DNA from: a virus
Lineage: Duplodnaviria; Caudoviricetes
DNA length: 56,748 nucleotides
IMG/VR virus record: IMGVR_UViG_3300030329_001316
Coordinates: 1-56,748 of that record
Strand: one strand, 5' to 3'
Numbering within the stretch: position 1 is the first letter of the stretch; the number at the start of each line of letters is the position of its first letter. A program made the position numbers and the translations under genes. Shown here piece after piece: positions 37,249-45,420 of this stretch. A model generated the notes under the pieces. That model had not been told where the DNA came from. It ran no database searches and worked only from the letters and a program-made list of their open reading frames with translations.

Positions 37249-39006
37249 CTAACTTGTTTTCTCTATTCTAACGTTATTAACACTTAATCTAGCATATAAA
37301 TGTTCTTTTTCTCTATTCTTATCAGATTTAATATCAATCATTTCAACTAAACCTGTTTCCTTATTCTTAAAAGGTTTTAGAGATATAAGTTTATTAGCAT
37401 TATACGCTATTCTAAACGAACCTCTAGAAGACGCTATATCCATACCTTCTTTGAAGGCTGCTTTACTTACTTCACTTACAGCAAATACTATAACATTTTG
37501 TCTTACTGCAAGTTCCATAATAGCTTGAGAAGCTTCTTCAACTTTCATGTTGTTATCTTTCTGTTTGCTCTTAAATAGCCCCAAATGATCAATAATTACT
37601 ATTTCTGGCTTAACAGGTAGCATTGTGATCCTTCTTTCTAATTCATGGGCATATGGAGCTGAATAGTCAACAGTAAGCCATTCAAAGCGTTTATCCATAC
37701 CATTTTTCATCTGTTTGTAATGTTCAGATAATTGCTGTTCATCCCATCCCATTTCTATTTGAACAAATCTAGACCATATTTGTCTTGGAGACATCTCCAT
37801 TTCAACAAAATACGTTGGTCTTTTGAAGTAATTTACCCAATTTTGAAGCAACATAGTCTTCATACTAGCAGGTGGAGCTTGTAATATAACTGTCTCACCT
37901 GGATATACTGGGAAACTTTGACCATATGGCTCACCTAGGTTAAGAGGTTTAAGATCCTGAGCGTAGAAGTTTATAAGTTCGTTCTCCATACTACTAGAAT
38001 CCATCATATTTTCACCCTTTATACCTCTATGTAAGGTACATTTAGAGTCACAATAAAACTTTATAACTGGATCATCACCACCATATCTATAACCTTGACC
38101 ATCATGTCCAGTATAACAACCTTCTATTATACCTTCCATTTCTTCAGGTTTAAATGGTTCGTCATCTAAACTTACTTTCTGTCTCCAATTTTCCATAATT
38201 AATCTTACTATATCTTCAGTAAAGTTCCATCTTAAGTGTGATGCTAACCTTAAAGCCACCATATGACGTTTACCCTTAGGTGCTCCATCCATCATTTTCT
38301 GTATACATGTAGTATTTACAGGGTCTCTACTATCTTTAACTTTTATGGGTGTATTTTCTTTAGGTTTTTCTTTATCTAATACATCAAATACTTCATTGTT
38401 ACACTCTAAAGTATGTTCTAATTCTATATCTCTTGGCTCTTTACACCATTTGTTAATAGTTCTTTCTAACACACTATTTTCATACAATGCTTTTTGTGGA
38501 AATGGAGTCTTCCATAAACCAGACTTAGTATTTTTAGTATTTGGTACACGTATTAATCTAGATTTATCAGTAACAGATGGATCAGCATACTCAAATATAC
38601 CATGTTTAGTAAGCTCTTCTTTAACTCTTATATGTAAATTCTTACTAGGTTTCCATTTAAAAGCTGATTCTGATATATGTATATGAAATCCTCTACCACT
38701 AAAGTAAACATAGTATGGAACAAATAGTTCATCTAAGCGTACAAGCAATGCTGCAGTCTTTTGTGATGCTTCCCAAACACTTTCACCATCTACATCTAAT
38801 ATAAACTCATTAGGCATATATATTAAACCATCATATCCAGATATAGTGTTATTTTGACTATAATACTCTAATACAGATTCATCATAATTATATAAAGACA
38901 TGAATGTATCTGAATCCATGCCTTGTAATTCTATTAATTCTTCTTCTCTTTGGAAATTATGTCTATTAGTAACTCCAAAAGCTACTTCTCTTATCATTTT
39001 AACCAT
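37249..39006 (-). CDS. Primase-helicase: AEP primase-polymerase + PriCT-like region + SF4 (DnaB-like) helicase
   Basis: AEP motifs 'LDVDG', 'FSGRGFHIH', 'D...RLIRVPNT'; helicase 'APPASMKT', 'EMEMS', 'IIDHL', 'RGS', 'KNR'. Confidence 0.85.
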   Translation of the reverse strand: MVKMIREVAFGVTNRHNFQREEELIELQGMDSDTFMSLYNYDESVLEYYSQNNTISGYDGLIYMPNEFILDVDGESVWEASQKTAALLVRLDELFVPYYVYFSGRGFHIHISESAFKWKPSKNLHIRVKEELTKHGIFEYADPSVTDKSRLIRVPNTKNTKSGLWKTPFPQKALYENSVLERTINKWCKEPRDIELEHTLECNNEVFDVLDKEKPKENTPIKVKDSRDPVNTTCIQKMMDGAPKGKRHMVALRLASHLRWNFTEDIVRLIMENWRQKVSLDDEPFKPEEMEGIIEGCYTGHDGQGYRYGGDDPVIKFYCDSKCTLHRGIKGENMMDSSSMENELINFYAQDLKPLNLGEPYGQSFPVYPGETVILQAPPASMKTMLLQNWVNYFKRPTYFVEMEMSPRQIWSRFVQIEMGWDEQQLSEHYKQMKNGMDKRFEWLTVDYSAPYAHELERRITMLPVKPEIVIIDHLGLFKSKQKDNNMKVEEASQAIMELAVRQNVIVFAVSEVSKAAFKEGMDIASSRGSFRIAYNANKLISLKPFKNKETGLVEMIDIKSDKNREKEHLYARLSVNNVRIEKTS

Positions 39007-39094
39007 CTAAATCCTCCCAATTCTCATGTACTAACCATATAAATAATATTGATATTACCCATATTACTGCAAGAATACCTATAAAAGTTATCAT
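38999..39094 (-). CDS. Tiny membrane peptide (31 aa)
   Basis: MITFIGILAVIWVISILFIWLVHENWEDLDG; AAGGAGG RBS; overlaps the primase start. Confidence 0.5.
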   Translation of the reverse strand: MITFIGILAVIWVISILFIWLVHENWEDLDG

Positions 39095-39252
39095 TTGCCC
39101 TCCTTTCTGAGCCTCATTTGATGCTCATATCTAGCTCTTTTGATCTTCATACGTATAGTTAAGTGGGTGTAATTATCACCCTTTAAGTTTTGCCCTAATT
39201 TTAGTTCTTTAGGGTCTATATTAATAAAATGCATAAACTCTGTTGCTCTCAT
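39091..39252 (-). CDS. Small basic hypothetical protein (53 aa)
   Basis: MRATEFMHFINIDPKELKLGQNLKGDNYTHLTIRMKIKRARYEHQMRLRKEGK; ATGA overlaps at both ends. Confidence 0.55.
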   Translation of the reverse strand: MRATEFMHFINIDPKELKLGQNLKGDNYTHLTIRMKIKRARYEHQMRLRKEGK

Positions 39253-39314
39253 AATTCCCCTCTAATTAATTCATCAATTAAAAACCAAATTAGTATTATT
39301 AAACAAAATATCAC
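39249..39314 (-). CDS. Tiny hydrophobic peptide (21 aa, GTG start)
   Basis: MIFCLIILIWFLIDELIRGEL; AAGGAGG RBS; ATGA coupling. Confidence 0.4.
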   Translation of the reverse strand: MIFCLIILIWFLIDELIRGEL

Positions 39315-39328
39315 ATATCCTCCTTGTA

Positions 39329-39358
39329 TATAGGGAGAGTTGTTATACCCTCCCTATA
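39329..39358 (-). terminator. Stem-loop downstream of SSB
   Basis: TATAGGGAG...CTCCCTATA inverted repeat. Confidence 0.5.
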
Positions 39359-39377
39359 ATTAACGATTACCTACTCA

Positions 39378-39914
39378 CTAGAAAGGTATATCGTCACTCT
39401 CGGAGGACTCAGAAGTTGTTGGTTCTTCTGATTTCTTGTTTTCCACTTTGGGTAAAACAAATGCCTTGTAATAGCTTTCGGCTTTACTTTTCCAATAATC
39501 AACATCAGATTGATTAAAAGATTCAGCAGCATTTTCAAACACTGTAGGAGCTGTTCTATTTAATATCTTTGAATATTTACCATCTTTATATAGATAAACA
39601 TTCATTTTCTTGCCTATTAAAGCTTCAGGGCTATCATCCATCTTTAATACTTTAGTTCCATCAGGACCTTCTAATGCGTTACTTATACCTGCATTAGCGA
39701 ATCTATACATTTGACCGATAGCAAATTCTTCACCATCAGCGCCAGTTTTAGCATAAACTCTCATATTAAAGTTCTCTGGATAGTCATCAAAGTATACATC
39801 TATGCATTTATTACCATTCCATTCAGCATATTCTGCTTTAGAAACTAATAATTCATGCCATCCAGTGTTATATTGGTTGTTACCACCACCAGATTTAATT
39901 GTTAAAGTTCTCAT
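39378..39914 (-). CDS. Single-stranded DNA-binding protein-like
   Basis: Acidic tail ending DDIPF; lies between ERF recombinase and primase-helicase. Confidence 0.7.
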   Translation of the reverse strand: MRTLTIKSGGGNNQYNTGWHELLVSKAEYAEWNGNKCIDVYFDDYPENFNMRVYAKTGADGEEFAIGQMYRFANAGISNALEGPDGTKVLKMDDSPEALIGKKMNVYLYKDGKYSKILNRTAPTVFENAAESFNQSDVDYWKSKAESYYKAFVLPKVENKKSEEPTTSESSESDDIPF

Positions 39915-39929
39915 TTATTCTCCTTTTAG

Positions 39930-40433
39930 TTAACTAATAGATTGAGCATCATCATCATATTGTGCTATACCTACCATAGCAGATAATCCATATCTTCTAC
40001 CATAAGTTACAGCTGCTCCAACGCCTTGTGCGTCTACTTTAGCCAACGGAAGTTTTATTTTACTTCTCATCCACTGACCTGATGCATGCATTAATGTTGT
40101 GGTTACACATACAGCGCCTTTAATTACTTCATTACCTTGACTAACAGATAATCCATTTTTAGATAAATATGGAAATGAAGATTTAATTACTGCATGTAAG
40201 TCTGCATAACTAGACTTAAAGAATGGATTTGTACTTTCTTTCTTTGCACCTTCCATTTCAGACTGAGCTTTAGCTAATGCTTCAGCTAGTTTATCTATTT
40301 CAGGCGATTTCCATTCATCATGTCTTCTATCATGTGCTGTGTCAAAAGATTTCTCTTCTGCTTCATTTTTGGCCTTTGCTTCTAATATATCTTTAGCAAT
40401 GCCATTTTGTTTAGAAACGTCAATATTATTCAC
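39930..40433 (-). CDS. erf: ERF-family ssDNA annealing protein (start probably GTG 40433)
   Basis: 'ALAKAQ...NPFFKSSYADL', 'QGVGAAVTYGRRYGLSAMVGIAQYDDDA'; AGGAGG upstream of the GTG. Confidence 0.9.
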   Translation of the reverse strand: MNNIDVSKQNGIAKDILEAKAKNEAEEKSFDTAHDRRHDEWKSPEIDKLAEALAKAQSEMEGAKKESTNPFFKSSYADLHAVIKSSFPYLSKNGLSVSQGNEVIKGAVCVTTTLMHASGQWMRSKIKLPLAKVDAQGVGAAVTYGRRYGLSAMVGIAQYDDDAQSIS

Positions 40434-40453
40434 GAACTTCCTCCTATTTGAAT

Positions 40454-40480
40454 GAATGGGGCAGATAGTCCACCCCATTC
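40454..40480 (-). promoter_or_regulatory. Stem-loop between E1 and ERF genes
   Basis: GAATGGGG...CCCCATTC inverted repeat; a second one, CCTTCG..CGAAGG, near 40504-40517. Confidence 0.45.
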
Positions 40481-40526
40481 TGTGTGCTATACGTTTAAGA
40501 AACCTTCGAATCGAAGGGCTTATAAT

Positions 40527-41186
40527 TTAAGAAACTAATTTCTTTTTATCAAGTATTAATGTTGAAAAGTTGAAAATTATTTCCTTAAAGTAAGGTTGTT
40601 TCATAACTATGTTCTTAATAGAATTAGATATAAAACTTCCACTCATATTACTACAATAAGATGTAGCTTTACGAGTGCATGGTTCAGGATCAGAATCTTC
40701 ATCAGAATACCAATCCTTCTCATACTTTTTAACAGTAATATTATCATATATATACTGTTGATATTGCTCTGCACCCATCCTACCATCTATAACAAATGAT
40801 GGTTTATCAGGGCATTGTGTTATCAATTTCACTATTTCCATACGAGCAGACATACTGTCTAATCCAAGTACTAATATGTCATCTTTCGTGCCTTCATAGT
40901 ATTTAAATTTACTATTTGAAAGCTCAACCTCAATAGAGCATTCTATTTTTTTAATATGTGTATATAAAGCATCTACTTTAGTTTTACCAATATCTTCTTC
41001 TACATATTGACTAACACCTACGTTTTCTATTCCTACTTTATCAAAATCATATAGATAGAAACTATTAGCACCAAGTCTTGCTAATTGTGTGGCTACGGAG
41101 CTTCCAATAGCCCCGCAACCTACAATGTGAAACTTAATACCCGATATATCTGCTATATCTTGACTTCTCATATTTCTCATAGCCAC
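40527..41186 (-). CDS. ThiF/MoeB-family E1-like ubiquitin-activating enzyme
   Basis: GCGAIGS nucleotide loop, 'YDFDKV..EN', 'IGKTKVDAL', 'GLDSMSAR', 'IDGRMG', candidate catalytic Cys170 in 'PEPCT'. Confidence 0.92.
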   Translation of the reverse strand: MAMRNMRSQDIADISGIKFHIVGCGAIGSSVATQLARLGANSFYLYDFDKVGIENVGVSQYVEEDIGKTKVDALYTHIKKIECSIEVELSNSKFKYYEGTKDDILVLGLDSMSARMEIVKLITQCPDKPSFVIDGRMGAEQYQQYIYDNITVKKYEKDWYSDEDSDPEPCTRKATSYCSNMSGSFISNSIKNIVMKQPYFKEIIFNFSTLILDKKKLVS

Positions 41187-42142
41187 ATACCTCCATAACT
41201 TTGGTTATAACATGCACTATCTATTAAAGCCTCAGCTATTGATTGATACTTAGGATCAATAACATGTATTAACTCATATGGTTCAGAATCCATACCAAGA
41301 AACTCTTTTAATTCTGCTTTATTAAGTTTATCTATCTCTATACCATAAGGTTCTAGCTGTTCATTAGTATGATTTATAGCTGTTTTAAACTTATGCATAT
41401 TCCATGCACCAGTATTTACTTGTCTAATATATTCAGCTATTTTACCCATTGCATACTCCCATTTAGCTTCAAATGTAGCAGCTTCTGCTTCTGTTGGTTC
41501 AATTTGTGTACAATCATCCTCTAATAGTTTGTAATTACCAGACATACCTCTACTATCATACCAACTATGTAAACTTAATTGTTTACCATTAGATGGTAGT
41601 TTAGTATAGCCAGTTTGATAAGAACTTAATGATCTAACTCTACACTTAGCTTTAACTTCAGTTACTATTTCAAGAGGTATTTCTACATCTTCTTTACCAA
41701 CTATCTCAAGTTCAACATCTTGATGGACCTCTAATGGTTTCCATACAGATATTCGACACTTATATTCTTCTTTAAGATTAACAACAAGAGCAAATGATAG
41801 ATCAGATTCTCCTTCACCATATTCATCTATACTAGATAGATCAGTACCACTCCAGAATGCTCCCATTGTGTGATGACTATGCCACCAACAGAATCTAAAG
41901 TTAGTATCCTTGTATTTTACAGCCATTTGTGTATAGTATTTAGCCAAATCTTCTTTATCAAGGTCACAAGTAGTGGCACCTATCTCTTGATTCATGATTT
42001 GAGGGTCTTCTATCCACCAATCACCATCTTTGTCTTGAGTAACTACACTCATACCACCTATTTCAGCTTTTTCACCATGATAAGCAGCTTTTGCATAGTT
42101 TATTATCTTATCCCAACAGTCTTTTAAGATATATACTTTCAT
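41177..42142 (-). CDS. JAB/JAMM (MPN+) metallopeptidase with C-terminal extension
   Basis: E27 ('EIGG') and H88-S-H90-x7-S98-x2-D101 ('WHSHHTMGAFWSGTD'). Confidence 0.9.
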   Translation of the reverse strand: MKVYILKDCWDKIINYAKAAYHGEKAEIGGMSVVTQDKDGDWWIEDPQIMNQEIGATTCDLDKEDLAKYYTQMAVKYKDTNFRFCWWHSHHTMGAFWSGTDLSSIDEYGEGESDLSFALVVNLKEEYKCRISVWKPLEVHQDVELEIVGKEDVEIPLEIVTEVKAKCRVRSLSSYQTGYTKLPSNGKQLSLHSWYDSRGMSGNYKLLEDDCTQIEPTEAEAATFEAKWEYAMGKIAEYIRQVNTGAWNMHKFKTAINHTNEQLEPYGIEIDKLNKAELKEFLGMDSEPYELIHVIDPKYQSIAEALIDSACYNQSYGGMWL

Positions 42143-43470
42143 TCTTCCTCCTCATTACGTTCGTTAATATGTTGTCTAAGTTCTTCAAGGTACGCCTCAT
42201 CCAGGCTTTCTTCCTGCTCACGATCACCTTGTATTGGCTGAAAACCACTATTTATATTACTTGTTGATGTGTTTACACCACCCATTCTAGTAGCCCATTG
42301 CAAGGTCATTTGTTCAGCTTGTTCTGGTGTTACTGGTTCAGGATGAGCATATTTATATTTCTCACATTGAGATCTAAATGTACATTCTTGTACATCACAG
42401 TAATCATTATGTCCATCTGGTTCATAATTACATTGATCTATATTATTTGTGCCAAACACTTTTCTGTATTCTTCAGATAGTTTAGCTGGTTCACCATGAT
42501 ACATCTGTTTAATATTGTTATGCGGACCTGTTATATTAGTATAAGTTGTAGCCCAATTAACAGATTGTAATACAAATGAAGCCATATCATACCTATTTAA
42601 TGCATTATATATATCATTTGCTTGATCACCATAACATACATTATTACCAAATATACCTGCTCTATAACCTCTACTACCAGATATAAATGGATATGCTAGA
42701 TAACCTTTCTCATCTGGTTGATCTACTTGACCTAATGTTTGAACACTAAAGCTTGGACAATCATAATTAGCATGTCTGGTCATAGTTCTAAGTGGATATG
42801 TAATATTATTAATATACAAATCTGTGCTACATTCTATATTTTCTATATGTTTAGCTTCACGTTCACTTTCTCTACCTGATGTCATATATACTTTCATTAT
42901 ATCTGGTCTTATTCTAAGTGTACTCACTAACATATATCTTTGACTAGAACGTGCATTTGGATGAACAAATAATTGATGATACATTTCTTGCATTATATCT
43001 ATATTATCTATCAATTCATCAGCCATTTGTATCTTTTCAGACATATAATTAGCATACAAGTTCTTTCTTTCAACAAGAATATCTGGGTCATCTAACCATA
43101 CTTCGCCTTGATATCTTAAATGATATAATATATTATCAATTTCTCTTAAAGATGCTTTTATTCTCTCCCATGAATGATTCTTAAACCAATCTTCTCTACT
43201 TAAATAATTATACATACCACTAGGTTTTCTTCTAAATCCAAGACCTCTCATCATAAGTTCAGCTACTCTTTCATAAGAACCACGCTTCCACTTAAATGTT
43301 TTAGTAATTTCTAAGTCACCTCTATATCTACTATTAAATTGTTGTAATTTTTCCATTACTTCAGCTTGAGGGCCATAATATACATGTTCCCCAAGATCTT
43401 CTACTTCTATCTCTTCTATGCATTGTTCTATTGTTCCATCTACAATGCAGTCATAATCTCTAAAATCCAT
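42139..43470 (-). CDS. Putative E2-like (UBC-fold) conjugating protein with C-terminal Cys cluster
   Basis: 'AYPFIS...NNVC279YGD...IYNAL...NWATTY' resembles prokaryotic E2 HPxI...CxG plus helices; lies between Ubl and JAB. Confidence 0.6.
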   Translation of the reverse strand: MDFRDYDCIVDGTIEQCIEEIEVEDLGEHVYYGPQAEVMEKLQQFNSRYRGDLEITKTFKWKRGSYERVAELMMRGLGFRRKPSGMYNYLSREDWFKNHSWERIKASLREIDNILYHLRYQGEVWLDDPDILVERKNLYANYMSEKIQMADELIDNIDIMQEMYHQLFVHPNARSSQRYMLVSTLRIRPDIMKVYMTSGRESEREAKHIENIECSTDLYINNITYPLRTMTRHANYDCPSFSVQTLGQVDQPDEKGYLAYPFISGSRGYRAGIFGNNVCYGDQANDIYNALNRYDMASFVLQSVNWATTYTNITGPHNNIKQMYHGEPAKLSEEYRKVFGTNNIDQCNYEPDGHNDYCDVQECTFRSQCEKYKYAHPEPVTPEQAEQMTLQWATRMGGVNTSTSNINSGFQPIQGDREQEESLDEAYLEELRQHINERNEEEE

Positions 43471-43496
43471 ATACCCTCCAAGGTTAATAAGTTAAT

Positions 43497-43562
43497 CCAG
43501 ACAGAAGCATTCTTAGTGTGTCGTTGTCAAATTCGCCATTTCTCACTAGTGCTCCTGCCTGG
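43497..43562 (-). promoter_or_regulatory. Structured RNA element between Ubl and E2-like genes
   Basis: On the - strand CCAGGCAGGAGCA pairs with TGCTTCTGTCTGG (13 bp with G-U); inner TAGTG/CACTA stem. Confidence 0.6.
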
Positions 43563-43579
43563 TACGTTATAACGTAATT

Positions 43580-43798
43580 TTACTGATCACCACCTGATTT
43601 GTTGTTATTAACAGCTGCAACAATATCACCTTCTTCAATAGCATGTGTATTTGTTACAGATACTCCATTAACAGCAACAGATGAGCCAGAAGCTATATCA
43701 TCTGGAAACTCATTTCTTAGTTGTTCAACAGTATCAGCGTTAGTTTGTCTCTCTACAAAGCCGCCACCTTGTAGAAATTTGATTGTTTTAGTTGCCAT
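43580..43798 (-). CDS. Ubiquitin-like beta-grasp protein (ThiS/MoaD/Ub fold), 72 aa, ending GG-DQ
   Basis: 'TVEQLR', 'VAVNG', 'IEEGDIV', 'KSGG-DQ'; AAGGAGG RBS before MATKTIK. Confidence 0.85.
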   Translation of the reverse strand: MATKTIKFLQGGGFVERQTNADTVEQLRNEFPDDIASGSSVAVNGVSVTNTHAIEEGDIVAAVNNNKSGGDQ

Positions 43799-43994
43799 GT
43801 GGGCCTCCTTTTTCATATGATTGGATTGATTTGTACTCATCAGCTAACTGATCAAAATAGTCATCAATTAGTTTGTAGTTATTTACTATTTGTTTCTCAA
43901 CTGTTTCTTTTACTTCACCATTTAGGTATTTAACAGTTTTCTTTAATATTACTGTATTTGCTTCAATATTGCCTATATCCATGAGATAGCCCAT
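43788..43994 (-). CDS. Hypothetical protein
   Basis: ORF track; overlaps the Ubl start. Confidence 0.5.
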   Translation of the reverse strand: MGYLMDIGNIEANTVILKKTVKYLNGEVKETVEKQIVNNYKLIDDYFDQLADEYKSIQSYEKGGPHGN

Positions 43995-44098
43995 TTAAAT
44001 ATATAATACCAACATCCTAGACTAAATGTCACTATAACTGCATATATTAACCAATTAGGCAATTTCATTATAAAATCTACTAGCCTGCTATCTTTCAT
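43973..44098 (-). CDS. Small membrane protein (41 aa, not in ORF track)
   Basis: MKDSRLVDFIMKLPNWLIYAVIVTFSLGCWYYIFKWAISWI; ATGA overlap with upstream gene. Confidence 0.55.
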   Translation of the reverse strand: MKDSRLVDFIMKLPNWLIYAVIVTFSLGCWYYIFKWAISWI

Positions 44099-44340
44099 AA
44101 ACCCATCCTCCCTGACATTCTCTTAACAATATCATTTAGTTTATCTACTTCATCACATGCATATTGACAATTATTGGCTACAATTTCAAGTTTAGCACTT
44201 AAATCTATAATTTCTTCTCTTGTTACCTTATCACCAGAGTTTATAGCTTTGTTTGCTTTACTAAAGAAAGATTTCTTCTGTTCTTCCTTCTTTTCATTTA
44301 ATTCCTTAGTTTTATCTTCATTTTTACTGAAAATACCCAT
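44095..44340 (-). CDS. Hypothetical coiled-coil protein
   Basis: AAGGAGG RBS; ends 'RMSGRMGL'. Confidence 0.6.
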   Translation of the reverse strand: MGIFSKNEDKTKELNEKKEEQKKSFFSKANKAINSGDKVTREEIIDLSAKLEIVANNCQYACDEVDKLNDIVKRMSGRMGL

Positions 44341-44467
44341 TATGCCTCCTTTATATCGATTAATTCATCGATTAGTTTATTTTCTTTTATTCTAAGACTA
44401 GCTTGCTTATTTTTAAGTTCTATAAGATCTTTTATCACATCTTCTTCAGTTCTTATAGGTGTAAATG

Positions 44468-44983
44468 TTAACATATCTCAAATCCTCCTGATTCTAGACA
44501 AAACTTAGCAAAATTCTCTACATTATCTTGTGAAAATGGATAACTAGACATAAATCTCTTATTTTCATCATCATCTTTAGCTAAATTCTCATTTCTGGTC
44601 TTAATATGCTTCTCCCATCTCTTAACAGTGCCATCTTTGAGTAATATTTCTAGTTTTGTGCCTATTTTAGCAGCTGTTTCTTGATCTATTAGCCTGCCAT
44701 CATTCCAATTTCCACCTTCTATTTGCTTTTCAGTCATAAAATCACTACATTGCATACAAACAAAGTCCCATAATGGTCTCCACCACCATACATTATTACG
44801 AAAATATACTCCAGGATTAGCTTTATGATAGTCATCCATCTCATTAAAGTATTTTTTACGCTTTTCTTCGTCTTCACTCTTCCACATATCACTATTTTCT
44901 CGATAGTATTTATACTCAGTATCTGGTTTGTGTATTATTGGGTTAACACCCCCTAAATCAAAGCCCATTTTAATATCCTCCAT
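44468..44983 (-). CDS. Conserved phage hypothetical protein ('YFRNNVWWWRPLW...FCLESGGFEIC')
   Basis: Distinctive motifs; probable start MGFDL after GGAGG. Confidence 0.65.
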   Translation of the reverse strand: MEDIKMGFDLGGVNPIIHKPDTEYKYYRENSDMWKSEDEEKRKKYFNEMDDYHKANPGVYFRNNVWWWRPLWDFVCMQCSDFMTEKQIEGGNWNDGRLIDQETAAKIGTKLEILLKDGTVKRWEKHIKTRNENLAKDDDENKRFMSSYPFSQDNVENFAKFCLESGGFEIC

Positions 44984-45046
44984 ATTTTTTCTATGTTTTT
45001 TCTTATTTTCATGATATTTATAGTAAATGATATATATATCTCAGCA

Positions 45047-45250
45047 TAATAGGGCTAATTGACCCTCGTTAGTGTATTAGTCTCTAAACGACTAATTGGC
45101 TGAAACCCACACAATGAAGTGTTATATCAGCTTTACTAGTATATAGGTACATTGCTACACTCGCCTGTCACTACAGCCCTATTAAATATAACAGCCTACT
45201 CGACCACTTTTTCAGGTCCTTTTGCCTCACTACCCATTTCCCTCGGCTGT
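45047..45250 (-). ncRNA. Candidate structured RNA
   Basis: 10-bp closing stem TAATAGGGCT/AGCCCTATTA enclosing ATTAGTC/GACTAAT and GCTGA/TCAGC stems; adjacent ACAGCC/GGCTGT stem. Confidence 0.45.
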
Positions 45251-45258
45251 CATGTCTC

Positions 45259-45420
45259 CTACCAATTCTCTGCTTGTTCTACTACTTCTCTAATCTCTAT
45301 CTCACACTCTTGACATACAGGATCATCTTTATCATGCCAATTACTATCACATACACCACATAATCTACCACCTAAGCCAACCATAAGTTTGTATACTACT
45401 TCATTTATCTGAGTTGCCAT
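45259..45420 (-). CDS. Small zinc-finger protein (53 aa)
   Basis: MATQINEVVYKLMVGLGGRLCGVCDSNWHDKDDPVCQECEIEIREVVEQAENW; GGAGG RBS. Confidence 0.65.
   Translation of the reverse strand: MATQINEVVYKLMVGLGGRLCGVCDSNWHDKDDPVCQECEIEIREVVEQAENW

Noticed and set aside
40434-40478. N-terminal extension of ERF (MGWTICPIH...)
   Set aside because: It lies within a hairpin; the SD-supported start is GTG at 40433.
40527-41186. ThiF/MoeB as a thiamine or molybdopterin auxiliary metabolic gene
   Set aside because: No ThiG, MoaE, cysteine desulfurase or rhodanese; the enzyme lacks the MoeB CxxC zinc pairs and is linked to JAB and E2-like genes. Sulfur transfer using host enzymes is not formally excluded.
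43799-43840. 14-aa N-terminal extension of the Ubl
   Set aside because: AAGGAGG sits directly before ATG 43798; the upstream ATG has no SD.
38345-44395. + strand ORFs over the early arm (38345, 40596, 41870, 42298, 43366, 43599, 44174)
   Set aside because: Antisense to genes with clear motifs and RBSs.
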